Positions 21,606 through 30,032 of a stretch of 55,201 nt of DNA are shown in pieces (positions within the stretch are counted from its first letter, which is position 1; every line of letters begins with the position of its first letter). The stretch is taken from IMG/VR virus record IMGVR_UViG_3300022200_000056, positions 1-55,201 of that record; one strand, given 5' to 3'. Source of the stretch: a virus (lineage: Duplodnaviria; Caudoviricetes). The position numbers and the translations under genes are program-made. The notes beneath the pieces were generated by a model, which worked only from the letters and a program-made list of their open reading frames with translations, was not told the origin of the DNA and did no database searches.

Positions 21606-21812
21606 TTATATAGAACTATCCCTTTTCATGTCAAGCCATTTCTTAACCTCTTCAACCTTCCAACATCTGTTGCGAGGGCTGAGGTATATAGCCTTTGGGA
21701 AGTCATCGTTCTGCTTTATTATATACTTGGCCTTCCTTGTATTGTCCACCAACAGCATGTCGGCAAGACCCCTTATGTTTACTAAGCCGTTGCTGACTTG
21801 CCCATTTTCCAT
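21606..21812 (-). CDS. AlpA/excisionase-like HTH protein
   Basis: LVNIRGLADML..DFPKAIYLSPRNRCWKVEEVKKWL. Confidence 0.75.
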   Translation of the reverse strand: MENGQVSNGLVNIRGLADMLLVDNTRKAKYIIKQNDDFPKAIYLSPRNRCWKVEEVKKWLDMKRDSSI

Positions 21813-22252
21813 GACTCAAATCCTTCTTGTAGTTGTTTGAAGCGCTCACGCGCATTTGAATTATTGTGAAGCTCTGATCTACTCTCAATGCCAAGATATG
21901 ATCTGAGGCCATGCACCACTTGCTTCTCCCTCTTCTCATCATCGATACTGTCGTAGTCTTCAATCAGACCTTGACGGTAAATGTAATCAGCAAAGTCAAA
22001 GTTGCGACACAGCATTCCTGCTGATGCAACCATAGCGTCAGTCTCCCTTTTGTGCTGAGGGATCTCAGGTTGATCGTGGTCATCTAACTTTACCAGCGCC
22101 ACCATGTAGCGTGAACCAACCCAGTCAGTGTGTAGACTTGGGGGAACCTCGTTTGGATGGATGGCAAGACGCAGGATAGTCCCTGCTTTACTTTGAGACA
22201 TCGATGTCTTGACTGCCTCAAATGATACGGTAGCATCTCTAACGTCATTCAT
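21782..22252 (-). CDS. Hypothetical protein
   Basis: 156-aa ORF in leftward operon; LRSYLGIESRSEL motif. Confidence 0.7.
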   Translation of the reverse strand: MNDVRDATVSFEAVKTSMSQSKAGTILRLAIHPNEVPPSLHTDWVGSRYMVALVKLDDHDQPEIPQHKRETDAMVASAGMLCRNFDFADYIYRQGLIEDYDSIDDEKREKQVVHGLRSYLGIESRSELHNNSNARERFKQLQEGFESWKMGKSATA

Positions 22253-22433
22253 CTTTTACATTCCCCTCAAGTTCTTTTAGATCTTTTATGACACGCCTTT
22301 TCTTCAGGCCATAGAAATCTCCACGCTTCATGTTGGACCCATACCTTCTGTTGCTTCTTTTGCCAACAGATGTCTCTATCTTTGGCGGCGTCCTAATCAT
22401 TTCGAGTATGGCCTTGGTATCTTCAATGCTCAT
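22245..22433 (-). CDS. Hypothetical basic protein
   Basis: Overlap-coupled small ORF. Confidence 0.55.
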   Translation of the reverse strand: MSIEDTKAILEMIRTPPKIETSVGKRSNRRYGSNMKRGDFYGLKKRRVIKDLKELEGNVKDE

Positions 22434-22672
22434 GGCGCGCTCCCTGCCATCATTATCTCTTGCGTTGTACTGTCATGATGTGTTTTGCCAACAAAGTTCC
22501 TCACGAATGTAGTCTTCTTAATGCCACCAGCAATGCGGTGGTATGTGATGATCTCTTGCTTGAACACATTGTCAATGTCGTCTGGGAAAAACTCATCCCC
22601 AAGTTTGTCACTCAAACTGCAAAGCCTGTTAGTAGGCAAGTAACAAAGGTCTTCTTCAATCGATTGTTTCAT
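22430..22672 (-). CDS. Hypothetical protein
   Basis: GGAGA RBS before ATG at 22672; coupled ORF. Confidence 0.6.
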   Translation of the reverse strand: MKQSIEEDLCYLPTNRLCSLSDKLGDEFFPDDIDNVFKQEIITYHRIAGGIKKTTFVRNFVGKTHHDSTTQEIMMAGSAP

Positions 22673-22934
22673 AGTAGTCTCCATCTCCCATTTCTTTCAA
22701 CACTATCCTGCCAAGCGCCACATCAATCATGGCACACCACATGTCCATTCTGTTGTGATACTTTGGCAGATGCTGTATTACTTCCATCATCTCTGTGCTT
22801 GGATATCTCATTGCACAGATTGCTTGTCTTGCCACCTCTGAATAATCAGAGACCGACATCTCAATACCTTGCTCCTCAAAACGCTTTATGGCTTCGTAAA
22901 TAGCAAGGCCAACTCGTTCATGTAATTTATCCAT
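22656..22934 (-). CDS. Hypothetical protein
   Basis: ARQAICAMRYPSTEM..WCAMIDVAL; start overlaps upstream stop. Confidence 0.6.
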   Translation of the reverse strand: MDKLHERVGLAIYEAIKRFEEQGIEMSVSDYSEVARQAICAMRYPSTEMMEVIQHLPKYHNRMDMWCAMIDVALGRIVLKEMGDGDYYETID

Positions 22935-23202
22935 TGAACTTCTCCCAGTTGTTCTTCGCCCAAGCAAGTGGGTCTACGCCTTTTAGATCCCACCAACTTC
23001 TCTCATCACCGAAAGCATGTAACTTCATGTGGCAAAAGTGGCACAGAGGAACACACCAATTGTCTCCCACCTTCATCCCCAGAGAATTAGGCTCTGCGAA
23101 CATGATGTGGTGTGCCTCTGCGCCATACCCACAGACCAAGCAAGGTTGCCCACGCAGGGTCTGTAGATATTTCTTAGAGCGAACTCTCTTAGAACGGAAC
23201 AT
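22927..23202 (-). CDS. DUF968-like HNH/Zn-finger protein
   Basis: RSKKYLQTLRGQPCLVCG..AHH..VPLCHFCHMKLH. Confidence 0.8.
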   Translation of the reverse strand: MFRSKRVRSKKYLQTLRGQPCLVCGYGAEAHHIMFAEPNSLGMKVGDNWCVPLCHFCHMKLHAFGDERSWWDLKGVDPLAWAKNNWEKFNG

Positions 23203-23482
23203 TGTCATCAAGATTGTTAGACTGCTGTTGCCGAGGTTCGGCGCCATTGCCACGCTCCTCATACACATTCCCGATGATTGATAGGAACTGCTTGCCAGCC
23301 TTACTGACTTTCTTCCAACCAACCAAAGAGATCTGTGGCTTCTCAACGCCACGCTCCATCTGAGACACAAGATCGTTCACGACCTCGTCAGATAATTCCA
23401 ACTTACCTGTGTAGTCTGGACTCTTCTCAGATTTCTTTTTGCTGTTCACAAACAGCGCGCCTGATGGATCATAGTTACTCAT
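23189..23482 (-). CDS. Single-stranded DNA-binding protein (small OB-fold type)
   Basis: GALF..PDYTG..WKK..FLSI and acidic DDNVPF tail; adjacent to Sak. Confidence 0.7.
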   Translation of the reverse strand: MSNYDPSGALFVNSKKKSEKSPDYTGKLELSDEVVNDLVSQMERGVEKPQISLVGWKKVSKAGKQFLSIIGNVYEERGNGAEPRQQQSNNLDDNVPF

Positions 23483-24132
23483 GCCGCTTCTCCTTTTGGC
23501 TCAAGAGTTTCTTTGTGTGATAAAAAGTTCTGTAGAACTTCGTTGTAAAGAGCCTCATCATTCTTCTTCAGAAGATCGATAGCCTCTTTGTTTGAACCCC
23601 AGAATGTTCTAAGGTTATCTACTGTGTCGCACTCAGGAATGAATGTCTTAAATGCAACCGCTACAGTTGACCAATCAGATGCGGTCTCTTTGTTACCGTC
23701 CTTACTGACAACATCTACTTGTAATGGTTTCTCTTCAGCGCCGACAGGAAGATCCTCACCAGCGTAAATGTAATGACCAAGACCGTGCATGGCTATGCAC
23801 TTTGCCAAGGCTCTTTGAAGAGATGAGTTTACAGCGAAAGCATCTGGGTGCTTTACTGCTTTGTTTCTGAAATCAAGAACAGGGAAGACCTCAGTTAACG
23901 TCTTCTCTTCCACAGTCACGCTTACCATAACAAAGGCAAAGCCCTGATCGTCTTTCATGTACGGCACAAGCCGACCATCTGCCTCATGCAGATGCTTTTC
24001 AAATGTAGAGTTTGGATAATGTCCAAGCAGACATCCCCAAGCCCAAGCCCAACTCAGATAAGTCAAGCCATTCTTTTCTTCAGTGTGTTCACTGACATCA
24101 ATTTTAGATAAGGTCTCCCAAACACTGCTCAT
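23479..24132 (-). CDS. Sak-like single-strand annealing protein (DUF1071 type)
   Basis: LSKIDVSEHTEEKNGLTYLSWAWAW..QRALAKCIAMHGLGHYIYAGEDLP. Confidence 0.85.
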   Translation of the reverse strand: MSSVWETLSKIDVSEHTEEKNGLTYLSWAWAWGCLLGHYPNSTFEKHLHEADGRLVPYMKDDQGFAFVMVSVTVEEKTLTEVFPVLDFRNKAVKHPDAFAVNSSLQRALAKCIAMHGLGHYIYAGEDLPVGAEEKPLQVDVVSKDGNKETASDWSTVAVAFKTFIPECDTVDNLRTFWGSNKEAIDLLKKNDEALYNEVLQNFLSHKETLEPKGEAA

Positions 24133-25010
24133 TCCAATTCTCCTTTATACTGTGAGCAAAATTCAGCAACACCGCAGTAGTTGCCCTTACACCGTGTGTG
24201 TTCACCAGCACGGTATTCTATTTCAGTCGGCACAGTTTGTGCCGCTGAGAAATCGTTAGCGTCATTGACATTATCAAAGACACGCATGGCTCTCTTCAAG
24301 CCCTTCTTCTTTACAGCCCACGCATCGGGCTTGCTCCATCGTTCTTCGCTTGTGCATAAAATAAACTTGTCTTCAAGTTCTTCTTCCATGTCGTATGTAA
24401 TCTGCGCCCCCTTGTGGTAGGCGAGGCGCTCATGAACATATCTGATGCGCTCTTGGTCAGACCATAGTGGCACATCCACTGTTACCACTGGGGCTTGTGG
24501 GTAGTCAGGCTTGTTGTCTGCGTCACGCCTGTTCCAATCTCTCAGGATAGCGCAGATCTGCAAGCGGCTAACCTTTATACCTTTAGATTTTTGTACAAGG
24601 AATGCGTATGTGTTGAGTTGGTTTTCCCACTCAGGCTTGCCGTAGATTACAGACCAGACACTAGTTACTTTGTAGTCCGTGATCTCAATTGAGTTCCCAT
24701 TCATACGCTGATGATCGATAGCACCTGAAAGTACCCACTCACCGTCTGAATAAAACAAACGCTCTTCCCTGACAACATCTTCGCCATCGTCCTGTTCGAG
24801 GATGTGATGAACGGCTGTGCCAAACAAAGGCCAGATCATATCAACAACATCCGTTGTCATGTTGCTGGCATAGTGTTCCTTCATAAGCCTCACGCGAGGG
24901 CTGTCAATCAAGGTGGTGACAGAGATATCTGCCGCGCCCTTCGAATAGTTGTCACGCTTTGCGAAATTGACAAAAGCGTCAGGTAGTTTATGGTTATTTG
25001 TATACTGCAT
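24129..25010 (-). CDS. PD-(D/E)XK (Cas4-like) exonuclease
   Basis: GTAVHHILE, LSGAID, ITDYKVT, QLNTY, C-terminal RC..YC....FC. Confidence 0.85.
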   Translation of the reverse strand: MQYTNNHKLPDAFVNFAKRDNYSKGAADISVTTLIDSPRVRLMKEHYASNMTTDVVDMIWPLFGTAVHHILEQDDGEDVVREERLFYSDGEWVLSGAIDHQRMNGNSIEITDYKVTSVWSVIYGKPEWENQLNTYAFLVQKSKGIKVSRLQICAILRDWNRRDADNKPDYPQAPVVTVDVPLWSDQERIRYVHERLAYHKGAQITYDMEEELEDKFILCTSEERWSKPDAWAVKKKGLKRAMRVFDNVNDANDFSAAQTVPTEIEYRAGEHTRCKGNYCGVAEFCSQYKGELE

Positions 25011-25029
25011 GGTTGCCTCCTTTGATCAT

Positions 25030-25058
25030 TAAATGCCATGTATGACCAACAATGTCAA
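25030..25058 (-). promoter_or_regulatory. Putative sigma70 promoter of the recombination operon
   Basis: Perfect TTGACA (25058-25053) with a weak -10 element 17 nt downstream. Confidence 0.4.
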
Positions 25059-25079
25059 TTAAAAAATGAAGGTAAATAA

Positions 25080-25520
25080 ATGGCGAGAAAAATTCATGAA
25101 TTTGTGATAGAAGGAGAGCCAGCGTCAAAGGCTAACAGCCGAAAGATTGTTAAGATAAAAGGGCGCCCTGTGTCAATTAAATCTGACAAGGCTAGAAATT
25201 ATGTGAAGCAGTTTGGGGAGCAATGCCAGAAGATAAAAGATTTATTTACTGGCGATGTCTGTGTTGAGATGTTGATTTATTATTCAACAAGGAGACCTGA
25301 TCTTGATGAGAGTTTAATATTAGATTGCATGCAGGGATACATATACGAGAATGACAGACAGGTCAAAGAGAAGCATATATACTGGGGCTTGGACAAATGC
25401 CGACCAAGAACTGTCATCAGAGTGTCGGCTTTGGAGACAGGTAATGTCCCAAGCGATCTCAGACGCATATCTGGACGACATGAAACCGAAACTGGAAGTG
25501 ATCAGATGGCTGGAGAGTGA
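25080..25520 (+). CDS. rusA: RusA-like Holliday junction resolvase
   Basis: GEPASKANS..RRPDLD..LDCMQG..NDRQV..PRTVIRV. Confidence 0.85.
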   Translation: MARKIHEFVIEGEPASKANSRKIVKIKGRPVSIKSDKARNYVKQFGEQCQKIKDLFTGDVCVEMLIYYSTRRPDLDESLILDCMQGYIYENDRQVKEKHIYWGLDKCRPRTVIRVSALETGNVPSDLRRISGRHETETGSDQMAGE

Positions 25521-25659
25521 GGACTTCGAAACCGTTTGCGACTTTGCCGCGCTCAATGCGGAGCGAATGCGTCAACACTTTGTTGACATCTTGGAATCTA
25601 AACCAGCGATTGCCAGATACAAGGGAAGAAAACTAAAAGATGTAATAGTTAATTATTAA
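25351..25659 (+). CDS. Hypothetical protein overlapping rusA
   Basis: LWRQVMSQAISDA..WLESEDFETVCDFA, a phage-like motif; fills otherwise empty 25520-25659. Confidence 0.55.
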   Translation: MTDRSKRSIYTGAWTNADQELSSECRLWRQVMSQAISDAYLDDMKPKLEVIRWLESEDFETVCDFAALNAERMRQHFVDILESKPAIARYKGRKLKDVIVNY

Positions 25660-25718
25660 TATAATATAACTAGTATATATTTATATATATTTATAACTAG
25701 TAATAACTAGTAACTAAC
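25645..25718. repeat. AT-rich island with TAACTAGT repeats (candidate replication origin)
   Basis: Almost pure A/T with three TAACTAGT copies, directly upstream of the primase-helicase. Confidence 0.55.
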
Positions 25719-25736
25719 AACCATCAAAATTCTGGC

Positions 25737-25765
25737 TTGACAGTTTCTCCGCTTGGCAATATCGT
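25737..25765 (+). promoter_or_regulatory. sigma70-like promoter of primase-helicase operon
   Basis: TTGACA-N17-TATCGT. Confidence 0.65.
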
Positions 25766-25789
25766 TGTATGTGTTCGTGGAGGAACGCT

Positions 25790-27559
25790 ATGAGTATTGA
25801 TGAAAGTTTACGCAGTAATGCGATCCGTCTGGGTGTGGGGCAACACAAAGTCTCATGCCCTTTTTGTTCTCAACAGAGAAAGAAGAAGGGGGAACGAACC
25901 CTCTCGCTCAGAGTTCAGTCAGAAGAAGTTCTGTATCAGTGTTGGCACTGTCAAAATTCTGGCGCCGTTAAATTAAGGGAAGACTATAAACCAGTTAAGA
26001 GGGAAACGATGACACCAGTTGCACCAGCAGTTAAAAAGAATTGGCTTGAGTTAGATCAAGACGCTATCGCATGGCTAATGTCGAGGGGGATTAGCGAGAT
26101 AACAGCAAAGACTGCTGGGGTAAAGAGCGCCAATCACTACATCAGATCTGTCGGAAGTGAGACATCATGTGTCGTGTTCCCTTATTCAAACGATGGGCAA
26201 CAGTATGCCGCAAAGATTAGGGCGATAAAAGATAAAGGGTTCTCTTGCCAGAGCAACCCGCAAACATTTTTTAACATCGAGAATGTGGACATTGGTGACG
26301 ACTTGATAGTTTGCGAGGGCGAGATGGATGTACTTGCCTTCATGGAAGCAGGTTTTAAGAGTGTTGTATCTGTGCCTAACGGAGCGGTCATGAAGGTTAA
26401 TGACAGCCCAGTTGAGCCAGCTAACGACAACAAGTTTCAGTTCCTTTGGAACGCCAAAAAGTTTTTGGATAAAGCGAATAAGATTATCATTGCTACAGAC
26501 TCAGATGAAGCTGGTCAGGCGATGGCAGAAGAGATTGCCAGAAGGGTGGGCAAGAATAGATGTTGGCGAGTGTCATACCCCGATGATTGCAAGGATGCCA
26601 ACGATGTTCTAGTTAAGCATGGGAAAAAAGTTCTAGAGAACTTACCTAACAAAGCAACCCCGTGGCCTGTTGCAGGACTGTATGATGCCGAACATTTTTA
26701 TGATGCAGTTGATGACATCTATAACAATGGCATGGGGAAGGGGGCAAGCACTGGCTACCACAATGTCGATGAGTTCTACACTGTGGTTGAAGGACAGTTG
26801 ACTGTGGTGACAGGACACCCATCGTCAGGTAAGTCCGAGTTCATCGATCAGATTATGATTAACATGGCTCAGAACGATGACTGGAAGTTTGCTATTTGTT
26901 CTTTCGAAAACGAACCCCGTCTTCATATAGCAAAGTTGATATCAAAATATTTACGCAAGCCGTTCTTTGCTGGGGCAACACAGCGTATGTCTCAGCATGA
27001 CTTGGACTACGGTAAGCAGTTCATTCAATCACACTTTACTTTCCTCTATCAGGCTGACGGTTCGCTTGCCACTATCGATGACATCATTGACCGACTAAAG
27101 GCGGCGGTCATGAGACACGGTGTGAAGGGCGCGATCATTGACCCATACAATTACATTCAGAAGAGTAGGGATATCAGCGAGACAGATTGGATCTCAGACA
27201 TGCTGACTAAGTTGCGCGTGTTTGCACAGGCTCACGATATCCACCTTTGGTTTGTGGCACACCCAACAAAGATGTTGCGCGGCGCTGACGGTAAAGTTCC
27301 TGTGCCGAAGGGTTATGATATCTCAGGTTCAGCCGCTTGGTTTGCGAAGGCAGACATTGGATTGACTGTCCACAGACCTGACCCTAAAAGATCTGAGTCA
27401 GAGGTTCACATTTGGAAATGCAGGTTCTCTTGGGTTGGTAAACAGGGCGACACAAAGATTTATTTTGACCCAGTGACATCAACATATTTCCTGCCAACAG
27501 ATGACTTTCCTACGCCAATGCAAGTTCCGCAATATCAGCCAGAGGATGTACCATTCTAA
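25790..27559 (+). CDS. Bifunctional primase-helicase (T7 gp4 / Twinkle-like)
   Basis: Zn finger CPFC..CWHC, TOPRIM EGEMD..DSDEAG..KDAND, Walker A GHPSSGKS, IIDPYN, VAHP; GGAGG RBS. Confidence 0.93.
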   Translation: MSIDESLRSNAIRLGVGQHKVSCPFCSQQRKKKGERTLSLRVQSEEVLYQCWHCQNSGAVKLREDYKPVKRETMTPVAPAVKKNWLELDQDAIAWLMSRGISEITAKTAGVKSANHYIRSVGSETSCVVFPYSNDGQQYAAKIRAIKDKGFSCQSNPQTFFNIENVDIGDDLIVCEGEMDVLAFMEAGFKSVVSVPNGAVMKVNDSPVEPANDNKFQFLWNAKKFLDKANKIIIATDSDEAGQAMAEEIARRVGKNRCWRVSYPDDCKDANDVLVKHGKKVLENLPNKATPWPVAGLYDAEHFYDAVDDIYNNGMGKGASTGYHNVDEFYTVVEGQLTVVTGHPSSGKSEFIDQIMINMAQNDDWKFAICSFENEPRLHIAKLISKYLRKPFFAGATQRMSQHDLDYGKQFIQSHFTFLYQADGSLATIDDIIDRLKAAVMRHGVKGAIIDPYNYIQKSRDISETDWISDMLTKLRVFAQAHDIHLWFVAHPTKMLRGADGKVPVPKGYDISGSAAWFAKADIGLTVHRPDPKRSESEVHIWKCRFSWVGKQGDTKIYFDPVTSTYFLPTDDFPTPMQVPQYQPEDVPF

Positions 27560-28014
27560 TGAGTAATCAATCAGACTACGGCACTAAAGAATTACATCGT
27601 CGTCATCTTGTAAGGCCAGAGTTCATAGGTGGTGGACACTCCATACGAGTGAGGGTAATCGATCAAAAAGTTCTAGATAACTTATTGCTTTCGAAGAAGA
27701 TTAAACTTGATCATTATCAAACGCTGGACTCCATGATGATTGAGCATTATAACTCAACAATAGGATTGCGTGCTCAAACATTTGAGCCAAAAGTAAAGGG
27801 AACATCTTCTGATTACACCGACAAATATGCGATGGCGAGAAGCAAGGTGAGAAAAGTTTTGGAAGAGGTGAGAGAAAATTTGGGGCGGGAAGTTTATAAA
27901 ATACTGAGAAGTATTCTTGAGGATGTGCCTTTGACCAAGGTTCAAATGATGTGGGTTGAGGCTAATGGAAACATGAAAAGATTGATTAATATAGTGGGGA
28001 AGTATTATGGATAG
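27559..28014 (+). CDS. Hypothetical protein, possible transcriptional regulator
   Basis: Coupled to the helicase gene; helical basic protein; function inferred from position only. Confidence 0.6.
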   Translation: MSNQSDYGTKELHRRHLVRPEFIGGGHSIRVRVIDQKVLDNLLLSKKIKLDHYQTLDSMMIEHYNSTIGLRAQTFEPKVKGTSSDYTDKYAMARSKVRKVLEEVRENLGREVYKILRSILEDVPLTKVQMMWVEANGNMKRLINIVGKYYG

Positions 28015-28318
28015 ACTTGGTAAACAAATACTTGGTGAGGCTATGGATGTGATTGATGCTAGAGGGGATCACTATGGATCTCCGTATAAGAATTGGAAAA
28101 CGATAGCGGATTTCTGGACAATTTATCTTAGAGATAAGTTGAAAGATGGGGAAAGTATATCAGCGACAGATCATGGGTTGATGATGGATCTGGTGAAAAC
28201 GGCTCGCGTTATGACTACGAATGGTCACTGGGATAGTATGCTTGATAAGTGTGGGTATGTTGCCGCAGCCGTAGAATGTTTTGAAGAAGAGAGAAAAAGG
28301 TTTGACGAGGCTGAATAA
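28007..28318 (+). CDS. DUF6378-like phage protein
   Basis: RGDHYGSPYKNWKTIADFWTIYL..MDLVKTAR..DSMLDKCGY. Confidence 0.75.
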   Translation: MDRLGKQILGEAMDVIDARGDHYGSPYKNWKTIADFWTIYLRDKLKDGESISATDHGLMMDLVKTARVMTTNGHWDSMLDKCGYVAAAVECFEEERKRFDEAE

Positions 28319-28330
28319 TATCAATAATAT
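28302..28330 (+). promoter_or_regulatory. sigma70-like promoter of candidate sRNA
   Basis: TTGACG-N17-TAATAT. Confidence 0.6.
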
Positions 28331-28336
28331 AAAACC

Positions 28337-28400
28337 TGCATGAAGGTCATGCGTTTCCTCCCAAACTAAAGGGGGCGGCTAATCACCGCCCCCTTCTTTT
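28337..28400 (+). ncRNA. Candidate sRNA with anti-SD loop (CCUCCC)
   Basis: GCAUGA/UCAUGC hairpin, GUUU-CCUCCC-AAAC hairpin, then terminator; no ORF. Confidence 0.55.
28369..28400 (+). terminator. Intrinsic terminator
   Basis: AAGGGGGCGG-ctaatca-CCGCCCCCTT followed by CTTTT. Confidence 0.85.
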
Positions 28401-28431
28401 ATGTGTTAGAATTACACAGATGTGTGTAGTT

Positions 28432-29330
28432 CTAGATGTTAGGCATCATGCTGTTGCTATCAATCGACATGTCTGCACGAGTTGATGCGCGACCGTTGAG
28501 GTAGTTGATCCATGTTCGCGCTAGCAATATTGACATCACATCTGCTGTCACCTTGTTGCGGTTAGCAACGCGGATCTCAGTAATTTTTGTCAGGAAGTAA
28601 CGCACTGGTGAGCGCACACCCTTGCCATGGTTTGACGCGAGATCGTTTAGGAACTCGCATACCTTCTCATCATCGCCGCTCTCTGCAACGATGTGAACAA
28701 CGCCGCAAGAGGCGGCACTGGGATCAATGTGCTTTTCTTAGTGATCTTAGATAGCCTGATTGCTTTCTCAAGAACATTAGTGTCAACCTCATCAACGTAA
28801 AACTTGCGAAGTTCATCGTTCGTAAGGCGAACATTCTTTGTGTTTGCATGACCGCTCTTGTATGCCACGATGTGGCGAAGGACAGAGCCTGTCATCGATG
28901 GGTAAGGAACGCCCATGATGGTGAACACATCCATGTTTGAACGGTTCGCGCCGACATCCATGTGGATAAACGACTCTGGATCAATGCCAAAGATGGCGTG
29001 AGTGATGAACGGTTTGCCAGCGCGAACGCATGCGCTCAAGCGGTTCTGTCCATCCTTCAAGTAACCATCCTTGCCAAAGGCCAAAGTGGCATTAGTCAAA
29101 GACCAATTGCCGCCCAACATGTCCTTGGCGTATGTCTTAATCTTCTCCGTCTTCTTTGTACGGTTTCCGATGTTGAGGTTTTCAAGGATGTGTTCCGCCA
29201 AGAACGGTGTGACCTCAATCACACGAGAGTTCTGTGGTGGGTTCTTGATCAGTGAGTAAAGATTTTCAATCTGATCTGACGGATCGAGCGATGAGTTCAA
29301 GCCGCGCTGTTTTGAGATTACTGAAAGCAT
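28432..29330 (-). pseudogene. ParB-like / DGQHR-type protein split by a 1-nt frameshift near 28694 (pseudogene or sequencing error)
   Basis: EVTP..NR..YAKDM..G.W..DGQNRLSAC; adding one T (TTC [T]AC ATC) joins 29330-28695 to the open frame ending at 28432. Confidence 0.7.
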
Positions 29331-29480
29331 GTTGCTTTCCTTTCTCCCCCATGTCCGTTTGTCGGGGGTCTGTTGCCTTGCCCAAGGGCTTACACATGTC
29401 TCCCAATGGTGGGCAGTCCAAAGGAAACTGAAAAGTTCTATAAAACTAATTAATAAAATTAAAACTATTGGCCGTCATAA

Positions 29481-29610
29481 TATTGGTGTTGGGAAGAGCG
29501 CCACCAATAACGCTCTTCCCTGTGTGCTGGTCAGTGAGGGAAAGGAGAAACCCCGATAGGCAACACTAACCTAAACGCCTACACACATGCGTTAACCAAC
29601 CCTATCGGGG
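29481..29610 (-). ncRNA. Candidate structured RNA with anti-SD loop and downstream 10-bp hairpin
   Basis: Nested stems UGUGUGU/GCACACA and GGUUAGUG/CACUGACC around loop UUUCUCCUUU; GGGAAGAGCG/CGCUCUUCCC hairpin. Confidence 0.4.
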
Positions 29611-29850
29611 TAACTGGTTGTCAAATCTAATGTGCGGCTCATCACAAATCAATGTGATCTTTGGATTATTCTTCCATGAACCGAAGAAATTTTCAACACG
29701 ATAATGCAAGTCAGAGTGGTTTGCATCAAGGTAACTTGAACACTCCGCATGAGTTTTGAATTTAGGATCAGACCACTGAGCCTCTAACTCAGATGTCACC
29801 TCTCCGTTAAACGAAAAGGTGGTGAGAATAATAATAGCGTACTCATTCAT
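29602..29850 (-). CDS. Hypothetical protein
   Basis: ORF in leftward operon; hydrophobic N-terminus. Confidence 0.55.
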   Translation of the reverse strand: MNEYAIIILTTFSFNGEVTSELEAQWSDPKFKTHAECSSYLDANHSDLHYRVENFFGSWKNNPKITLICDEPHIRFDNQLPR

Positions 29851-30022
29851 CTCTAAACCTTCCTGATCTTGACATGGCATATGCAGATGTAATCATCATA
29901 AGCATGCCAATAAGCATAACAAGACAACCCAGCACAAGGCTATAGGTGTCTGGCAATTCAGCGACAGACATCCCTGCTTGTATAACGAGCAGAGAGGATA
30001 CAAAAATTATAGGCCAGATCAT
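29843..30022 (-). CDS. Small 2-TM membrane protein
   Basis: AAGGAG RBS; two hydrophobic helices. Confidence 0.6.
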   Translation of the reverse strand: MIWPIIFVSSLLVIQAGMSVAELPDTYSLVLGCLVMLIGMLMMITSAYAMSRSGRFRDE

Positions 30023-30032
30023 TTCATTCTCC

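Noticed and set aside
21606-21812. AlpA/Xis-like gene as proof of an integrating prophage
   Set aside because: No integrase, att-like duplication or flanking host genes visible
24129-25010. Cas4-like nuclease as evidence of CRISPR-Cas
   Set aside because: No other cas genes or repeat-spacer array; it sits with Sak and SSB as an ordinary phage recombination exonuclease
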